IMG/VR virus record: IMGVR_UViG_3300028802_000009
Coordinates: 9,142-73,141 of that record
Direction: 5' to 3' (one strand)
Length of the DNA: 64,000 nt
Source of the DNA: a virus
Below are positions 58,351 through 64,000 of the stretch, in pieces. The translations under genes and the position numbers were made by a program. The notes below the pieces were generated by a model. The model made no database searches. It was given only the letters and a program-made list of their open reading frames with translations, and was not told where the DNA came from. Each line of letters starts with the position of its first letter. Positions within the stretch are counted from its first letter, which is position 1.

Positions 58351-58359
58351 ACAAAAGGA
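58351..58359 (-). promoter_or_regulatory. Putative late promoter element (TCCTTTTGT) at the start of the structural cluster
   Basis: Extended context CTTTTGTGGTCC is identical to the copy upstream of the sheath gene. Confidence 0.5.
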
Positions 58360-58411
58360 AACGGGGGTTAGGCTGGCCCCGGCAACCCCCACCTAGCTCG
58401 ACAATAGTCCA

Positions 58412-59038
58412 TCACAGACAGCGGTCTAATCCGCGATTGCTCCACTGTGGCAACGAAACGGCACGAAGGATGTTGAACTTCTTCGAGGATATCGAGGTGA
58501 AAATCTTTTCGTAAGGACGGAATAGCTCGTTGTGCCCTGCCGCGATCTTGAGCTTGCCGACCGCCTTGAAGAAGCGATGCCGAACGCGCCCCTGAGTCAG
58601 CTGGAGGCTATTGGCGACCTCCGACTGGCAAGTCGTCTGCCACATGCCGACCAGAATATCGACATCGATCTGGTCGAACAGTTCACGAAGGTCCTCGCGC
58701 AGCTCTTCCTCCGTGACCGCTGGGATCGCCAACAGGAACTTCAGCCGCTGAATCCCCCTGTCCAATCGATAGCTAATCGCCGCCTGTGTCACATCAAATA
58801 TCTCGGCGATGTCCGCTTGCCGCTTTTTGCACACATAGTACAGATAGATCAAATCAGCTTCGCGCTCCGGGATTCGGTCCAACAAGGGAGCGATCCTGGT
58901 CTCATAGTCGCCACTTGAAAACAACGCCGATACGTCTTCCGACTCGGGCGGGACATCATCATCTAACAAGACGGCCGGCGCCGCGAAACGATTTGCCAAC
59001 TCTGCGGGATCGACAGGGATCACATAACCATTGGACAT
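58412..59038 (-). CDS. Transcription factor with tandem sigma70 region-4-like HTH domains
   Basis: IPEREADLIYLYY...QADIAEIFDVTQAAISYRL and a second HTH QSEVANSLQLTQGRVRHRF; no region 2 recognised. Confidence 0.7.
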   Translation of the reverse strand: MSNGYVIPVDPAELANRFAAPAVLLDDDVPPESEDVSALFSSGDYETRIAPLLDRIPEREADLIYLYYVCKKRQADIAEIFDVTQAAISYRLDRGIQRLKFLLAIPAVTEEELREDLRELFDQIDVDILVGMWQTTCQSEVANSLQLTQGRVRHRFFKAVGKLKIAAGHNELFRPYEKIFTSISSKKFNILRAVSLPQWSNRGLDRCL

Positions 59039-59066
59039 GAAGCCTCCTCAACACGAAACACTAGTT

Positions 59067-60770
59067 TTACATGCCCACGTCGGACACTGCTTCGGTGTGC
59101 GGTGGCGCCGCGAAGAACGCCGTCAAGATTGAATCCGGACGAATACTCAGCGCCTTAATCCGTGCGTGGGCGGCCTCTTGATCTTTGTTTGGTTTGATTT
59201 GGCTGAACGGCACGTCACGTAGAGACATCAGCTCTATGTTCAGCAGGACCTGTTTTGAACTCGCCCGAAGACTGGCTGCTTGCGCCTTAGTCAGGCCGGC
59301 TAGATTCGACTGAAAGAGTGTGCGGACCGTTCCATATGGCTTCAATGCCTTGGCTGCGGTCTTCAACCCAAAACCTGGCGCGCCGGGAATGTGGTCGGAC
59401 GTATCGCCACTGATTGCCCGGAGCTGAACCATAGAGCGCGGAGGTACCCCGTACTCGGCCTCAACGCCGGCTGGGTCGTACAATTTCTCTTTGGCGCCCC
59501 CCGCAGCGGGGCACAGCTGATGCGTGAACTCGGTGACCACCTGAAGCAGGTCTCGATCAGAGGTGATGATCAAGTTAGTTGCGCCACTAAGCGGGCCTCG
59601 CACAAGAGCGGCCATCACGTCGTCAGCCTCCTCCTCGGGGTTGAAGGCTTGATGCACACCCATCATTGGCAGAACCTCGCGTAGCCAAGCCCAGCCAAAG
59701 GAGGGCTCTTCGGACCGTGAAATCCTGTTGCCCTTGTACCCCTCGAACATCGCTTTGCGACGTTGCGAGCTACCATCCCAACAGATATAGATAGAACCTG
59801 AAGGAAATCGTTTGCGATACGCAGCCACGCTACGTAAGAAGCCGACGACCCCCCCGGTCCGTCGCCCCTGACTATCAGTCAGCGCACCTAGTCCAGGGGC
59901 CTCCATGCACCGGATGAGAAGTTGCGTCCCGTCGATCACAAGATTCAATGTTGGGCTTTGTTCCATGGGTGTTGCACGTACAGGGTTGAGCCGAGATGAC
60001 AATTCCTCCAGAGTTTGCAGCGCGTGAGACTTCTCTATGAGGAGTGAGAGGTCTAAGACTGAGTAGAATGCGTTGAACCAACGATACAGACACACACTGC
60101 GGTCGACCCATTCCTCCAGGCGGTATACGGCCGCCGCCCGCCCCCTCAAACCGTCCAGCCTATTGTTTGGCCAGTGCGCGACCTTACGAACAGACTCAAT
60201 CCAACTGCCGATGCGCCGAATGCGCTCCCGATACGACGTGTCTGGCGACTTAGACTCAAGGCGAAGAAAGGCCCTCGGCAAGGTAACAAGCCGGTCCGTG
60301 GACCTGAGGTGGATATGCACCACCACGGAGTCTTGCTCTAGTATCTCATCACGGACCGTTGCCTTGATATTCTTGTAGGGGCCGGAGACTATGGTTACGG
60401 CGTCCCCGACCTCGATACCCTGGTCTACCTCAACCGTGATCTGTGCCCGCAGTGTCTCGATTTGCACGTTCGAGACGGTTGCCAGTTTCTTCTCACGCCG
60501 ATTTCCGGATAGTCGATAGAGCGGAGCCTGGACGTACTTAGTTTCCTCCAGCCTCACGTAACAGTGGTCCGGGTGCCTATGGCGAACGAACGCGTAGCCG
60601 TCGACCAGGTATTTGAACTCCCGAATCGGGCCGCGTTGCACCACTGACGCTGGTATGAAGACCTCAGCATCTCGAATATGATGCCGTATCGAGGCTACGA
60701 TAGTATCAGGGTCCTCACCCTCAGCCTTGGTCGTAAGCTCAAGAACCACCCATTGAATGTCACTACTCAT
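59067..60770 (-). CDS. NusG-like (NGN+KOW) domain fused to a 5'-3' exonuclease/flap endonuclease
   Basis: QWVVL...VFIP...GYAFV and VGDAVTIVSGPY (KOW), then LVIDG, WDG, YKGNR, EADD, SDRD, GDTSDHIPG..G.KTA. Confidence 0.85.
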   Translation of the reverse strand: MSSDIQWVVLELTTKAEGEDPDTIVASIRHHIRDAEVFIPASVVQRGPIREFKYLVDGYAFVRHRHPDHCYVRLEETKYVQAPLYRLSGNRREKKLATVSNVQIETLRAQITVEVDQGIEVGDAVTIVSGPYKNIKATVRDEILEQDSVVVHIHLRSTDRLVTLPRAFLRLESKSPDTSYRERIRRIGSWIESVRKVAHWPNNRLDGLRGRAAAVYRLEEWVDRSVCLYRWFNAFYSVLDLSLLIEKSHALQTLEELSSRLNPVRATPMEQSPTLNLVIDGTQLLIRCMEAPGLGALTDSQGRRTGGVVGFLRSVAAYRKRFPSGSIYICWDGSSQRRKAMFEGYKGNRISRSEEPSFGWAWLREVLPMMGVHQAFNPEEEADDVMAALVRGPLSGATNLIITSDRDLLQVVTEFTHQLCPAAGGAKEKLYDPAGVEAEYGVPPRSMVQLRAISGDTSDHIPGAPGFGLKTAAKALKPYGTVRTLFQSNLAGLTKAQAASLRASSKQVLLNIELMSLRDVPFSQIKPNKDQEAAHARIKALSIRPDSILTAFFAAPPHTEAVSDVGM

Positions 60771-60796
60771 TCTTAGTAATGGGTCCTACACCTCAA

Positions 60797-62245
60797 TCAA
60801 GAATCCGGGGTATCAACTGACCTCTTTTTGTGAAGCCGTAGAAACTCGGCACGCCAAGCGGCGGGGGCTAAACCTTGTTGGTTACCCCGAGGCTTAGACT
60901 CGACTGGCGCCGGATTTTGCTTAGCACGCTGCCGGGGTTGACTTCGGCCGGACGCGGTCTCCTCGATAGGCGAGTCAGGTGGTGTTGGGTCTGTGAAGCC
61001 TAGCCCGAACTGCGCACCCACTGGTTCCGTCGTTGGCCGACCAGGGGTAGCAATCGTAGGTACATGGTCAGGCACAATCTCGCTCACGACCTCGTCAGGT
61101 GAAAGCTCCTCGATCGTTACTTCTGGCGCCGGGTCCACGATCACCAGCTGAGGCGCGCTCGAAACCTGACTGATAAACACCACCGGTGGCTGCGCCGTCT
61201 CGGGCGGCAACCTCCCCGCGTTCTGAGAGAAGGCAAGGATGTCTAGTTCGAGCGTCAACCTCGTTACATTGCGGTGCCCCAAGAACCACTTTGAGAATTT
61301 GACAACATGGTCCTGATACTTGCTGTAGACCTGACCCGCCAAGTTCTTATCGACATAGGCAAGGTCCGCGTGCCACCGATGAGCCATCCGGTAGCAGTTC
61401 ATCGCTGCCTCAGCCAAGCCCGCCGCGACCTCATCTGCCGGCGTGGCCTCACAAGCTTGGCGAAGCAAGTCGATAGCCTTGAGCGGATCGTCCAGGCTCA
61501 ACAGGATCTGGTAGTAGAGGGTGACGACCGAGAGATTCAGATACTCGCGAACACTGTCGACCGTGATGGCCCCAAGCTGGGAGACCATTTCAAGATTGTT
61601 GAGCGCGTTACGGACGTGGCCGCCCGCCCGATCGATGATGATCAAGACAGCTTCATCATCGTGTTGCACCCCCTGCTCATCGAGCACCATCTTCATGCGG
61701 GGCAACACGTCTTCACGCGTGGCCTTCTTGATCGTGTATTCCTCGCACCTGGAGCGGATAGCGCCACGAATCTTCTCTGCCTCCGTGGTGCAGAGGATGG
61801 CAACCATCTTTTTCTCTTCGATGGGCTTGAGAAGCACATCTTGAGCCGCATGGTGCATCCGCTGGCACTCGTCGATCAGGTAAATCCGCTTCGGGGCGTT
61901 CGACAGAGCATAGGGTAGCTCCTCGACCAAGGTCCGCATACTATCCGTTGACCCGCTACTCGCCGCGTCCCGCTCGGTGAACGCCTCAGACTGCTCCTGC
62001 AGGATGTCCTTACAGCTATCGCACTGACCGCACGGTTCCGGATCCGCCTGATTCAGATCCTGGCAGAGCATCGCCATCGCATGGATACGGCTCAGGGTCG
62101 TCTTACCCTGGCCGTACCCACCTGCGAAGATGTAGCTGGTATCAAACGCCGTGCCCCTCATGATCCGAGTCTTGAGGAGGCGGACACTGCCGGTTTGACC
62201 CAGAACATCCGAGTACTTGCGTGGCCGATACAAAATGTCCCACAC
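60797..62245 (-). CDS. dnaX: DNA polymerase III gamma/tau-like clamp loader subunit
   Basis: YRP...VLGQ, GGYGQGKTT, CGQCDSC, IDE, IRSRC. Confidence 0.9.
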   Translation of the reverse strand: MWDILYRPRKYSDVLGQTGSVRLLKTRIMRGTAFDTSYIFAGGYGQGKTTLSRIHAMAMLCQDLNQADPEPCGQCDSCKDILQEQSEAFTERDAASSGSTDSMRTLVEELPYALSNAPKRIYLIDECQRMHHAAQDVLLKPIEEKKMVAILCTTEAEKIRGAIRSRCEEYTIKKATREDVLPRMKMVLDEQGVQHDDEAVLIIIDRAGGHVRNALNNLEMVSQLGAITVDSVREYLNLSVVTLYYQILLSLDDPLKAIDLLRQACEATPADEVAAGLAEAAMNCYRMAHRWHADLAYVDKNLAGQVYSKYQDHVVKFSKWFLGHRNVTRLTLELDILAFSQNAGRLPPETAQPPVVFISQVSSAPQLVIVDPAPEVTIEELSPDEVVSEIVPDHVPTIATPGRPTTEPVGAQFGLGFTDPTPPDSPIEETASGRSQPRQRAKQNPAPVESKPRGNQQGLAPAAWRAEFLRLHKKRSVDTPDS

Positions 62246-62263
62246 GGTTCAGTCGGCCCTTTC

Positions 62264-62749
62264 TCAGGCTTGAATCTGGGTCTGCGAAAGCGTCTCCACT
62301 ACCTCCTGTGCGCGAGCCTCTAGATTCAAGCGCTGCGCGACTTCAACCATGCCCGAAAGCTCATCCGTCCACGCACCATGCCGGTTAAGAATGGAGGTGA
62401 ACTCCTTGACATCAGCCTCACGCATCACCCATTTCATGGTGCCTGTCTTCTCATCCTCGACGCCCGTGCAGGACTCAAGAAGATGGTCGACGAGCGCGTT
62501 CCGCTGCCGCTCTGACAGCTCGTTCCAGCCGTCCATCGCCACTTCCAACAGGAAGTCTCGTTCCAGAAGAAATTCGAGCGAGCCCGAGATCCTGCGTGCC
62601 TTACCAAGCACAGAGCGCCCCGCCTTCTTACTGGCCTTGTCCACAAAGATGTAGACGATGCGCGCCGTTGCCAACTCGGGGTGATACGTTGGGATCAAAC
62701 GAAGCGCAATCTCTTCTACCGTTTCTGCTGGACCGTATAGTTTAGCCAT
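62264..62749 (-). CDS. Putative phage metallopeptidase family protein with degenerate active site
   Basis: HPEL..ARI.Y.F...LGKA...DF...W..L...QR.ALVDH...DV.EF..I..RHG.W; HLLES where HExxH is expected. Confidence 0.65.
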   Translation of the reverse strand: MAKLYGPAETVEEIALRLIPTYHPELATARIVYIFVDKASKKAGRSVLGKARRISGSLEFLLERDFLLEVAMDGWNELSERQRNALVDHLLESCTGVEDEKTGTMKWVMREADVKEFTSILNRHGAWTDELSGMVEVAQRLNLEARAQEVVETLSQTQIQA

Positions 62750-62766
62750 CTACCGTCTCTCCTATT

Positions 62767-63456
62767 TCACGCGAGTGGGTCTTTAGATTTGACCAGCCCT
62801 TGGATGTACGGGATGAATCGCGAGTCGCCCCAAGCTTCCCACAAATCGCCCGGGTCCTTGGCGCTGCCCAGTACCGGATACGACACGATATACACCTCCA
62901 GATCACTGCCGTGATCCCGAAGGAAAGTGGAACAGCCGCGCCGGCCAGCCGCATCCATGTCGTAACCAACCCAGACACGCGCCACCAAACGCTTTAGCAA
63001 CCTGGCGAACATGGGGCTTGTCCGCGCTGTCAACGTGGCGACGACGGGCGTAAAAGCCCGTTGAATCGGGAAGAGATCGAAGGCGCCCTCAACAATGAAC
63101 GCCGACCGTGTGTCCCACATGGCCCGCGCCGCTTGCCCTAGACCGAAAAGACAGGCCTCATCCTTGTCGGGTAAATAGTCCGAGTACCCTGATTTATCTC
63201 GCTCGACACCGCGAACCTGGAAGCCTCTGATGTCGCCGTAAACATTCGTCAGCGGAAGCAAGAGAACGTCACTGATTTTCCCTTCCGCCCAAACACGGAA
63301 CTCGTCCGGCACCCCCTCCGGCAGATCCTTGTCTAGATGACCGATTCTGTATTGAGCCATCTGAGCATCCGAGACCCCACGCCCGAGCAGCTCGTCCCGG
63401 ACCCGAGCGTCTACCCGAGGCACTGCATAGGCAACCAGGTCGTCCATCCAGCTCAT
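62767..63456 (-). CDS. dnaG: DnaG-type primase (catalytic/TOPRIM core only)
   Basis: RGVS...YRIG, LFGL, IVEGAFD, YDMDAAG, KDPGD. Confidence 0.8.
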   Translation of the reverse strand: MSWMDDLVAYAVPRVDARVRDELLGRGVSDAQMAQYRIGHLDKDLPEGVPDEFRVWAEGKISDVLLLPLTNVYGDIRGFQVRGVERDKSGYSDYLPDKDEACLFGLGQAARAMWDTRSAFIVEGAFDLFPIQRAFTPVVATLTARTSPMFARLLKRLVARVWVGYDMDAAGRRGCSTFLRDHGSDLEVYIVSYPVLGSAKDPGDLWEAWGDSRFIPYIQGLVKSKDPLA

Positions 63457-63998
63457 GGCTGAACCGCCACAAAGCAGCGGTTCACGCGGTAAGCCAGAAC
63501 GCCCACGTAATCCCCCACCCTTGTGTGAAGGCCCGCGACAGCGGGCTCTGCAATCAAGAGCGCAGAGCCCTCCGTAAACCCCGCATCCAACACTTTCACT
63601 TCACGCGCGGCCGCACCGTCAGCCAACCATGGGCCGCCAACTAGATGACGCGGTTTGATTCCTTGTGAAGACATGAGACGCAGTGCCTCCCCGACCGTAG
63701 GAGCCGCGGAGATCCAGCCGTTTGCGTCTATTCTAGAGAGCAGCACCCGATGAAACTCCTGTAGAAGAGCGCCTTCCTGATTCACTGGGCACTCAGAAAA
63801 CCCAAATCTCGCATAGCCCGCGGCCGACACCCGACTCTGTAGAAACGTGCCCCGCGTTGTGGTTATCATCAGAGGCTCGATCGAGCGATCGTCAACATCA
63901 ATCTCAGAGGCAAGCGGCATAGAATACCCGACGTTACCGGCGCGCAAACGATGCCTCTCCGTGATGAAAATCTCAGACAGTAGAGTGAGCATCTTCAC
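63453..63998 (-). CDS. Hypothetical protein, possible degenerate capsid-fold paralog (start may lie outside the window)
   Basis: C-half aligns loosely with the C-half of the major capsid protein. Confidence 0.45.
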   Translation of the reverse strand: MKMLTLLSEIFITERHRLRAGNVGYSMPLASEIDVDDRSIEPLMITTTRGTFLQSRVSAAGYARFGFSECPVNQEGALLQEFHRVLLSRIDANGWISAAPTVGEALRLMSSQGIKPRHLVGGPWLADGAAAREVKVLDAGFTEGSALLIAEPAVAGLHTRVGDYVGVLAYRVNRCFVAVQP

Positions 63999-64000
63999 CC

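Noticed and set aside
59340-59385. LKTAAK in the exonuclease as a maturation site
   Set aside because: It is the conserved GxKTA helix-turn-helix motif of the FEN family
9584-60792. GGTGTA shortly upstream of start codons (9584-9589 and 60787-60792) as a second promoter class
   Set aside because: Only two clear instances, too few to support from this window
33-62997. Numerous plus-strand ORFs, some over 300 aa (for example 1394..2371 and 53235..54212)
   Set aside because: They lie antisense to well-supported minus-strand genes, have no recognisable motifs, and are expected shadows in GC-rich coding DNA
1-64000. Extracellular contractile injection system, gene transfer agent or recoded genetic code
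   Set aside because: Terminase, portal, capsid and replication genes indicate a true phage; conserved genes are intact in the standard code and TAA, TAG and TGA all serve as stops

Overview
A 64-kb piece of a large (jumbo-type) myophage genome. Every credible gene is on the minus strand and densely packed, often with TGATG/TAATG stop-start overlaps; the plus-strand ORFs are antisense shadows. Read in transcription order (high to low coordinates), the window has five blocks. (1) A short replication/transcription block: primase, DnaX clamp loader, a NusG/KOW-5'-3' exonuclease fusion and a tandem sigma4-like HTH protein. (2) A head block: putative internal proteins, TerS candidate, TerL, three decoration paralogs, portal, prohead protease, scaffold, decoration protein and major capsid protein. 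(3) A ~19-kb fibre/adhesin island with a patatin. (4) A neck block with a glycosyltransferase, pyruvyltransferase, Dps-like protein and actin-fold ATPase. (5) The 5' part of a tail sheath gene. The strongest leads are a shared peptide code (K/R-x-A, RVAxR[FYW], YSYD) on likely head-packaged cargo, the NusG-nuclease fusion beside the late cluster, in-frame nested genes, and two leader motifs (a pyrimidine-RT promoter candidate and AGATNNAGAT). All calls come from motif reading by eye; no searches were run. I saw no tRNA, rRNA, CRISPR array or transposase.
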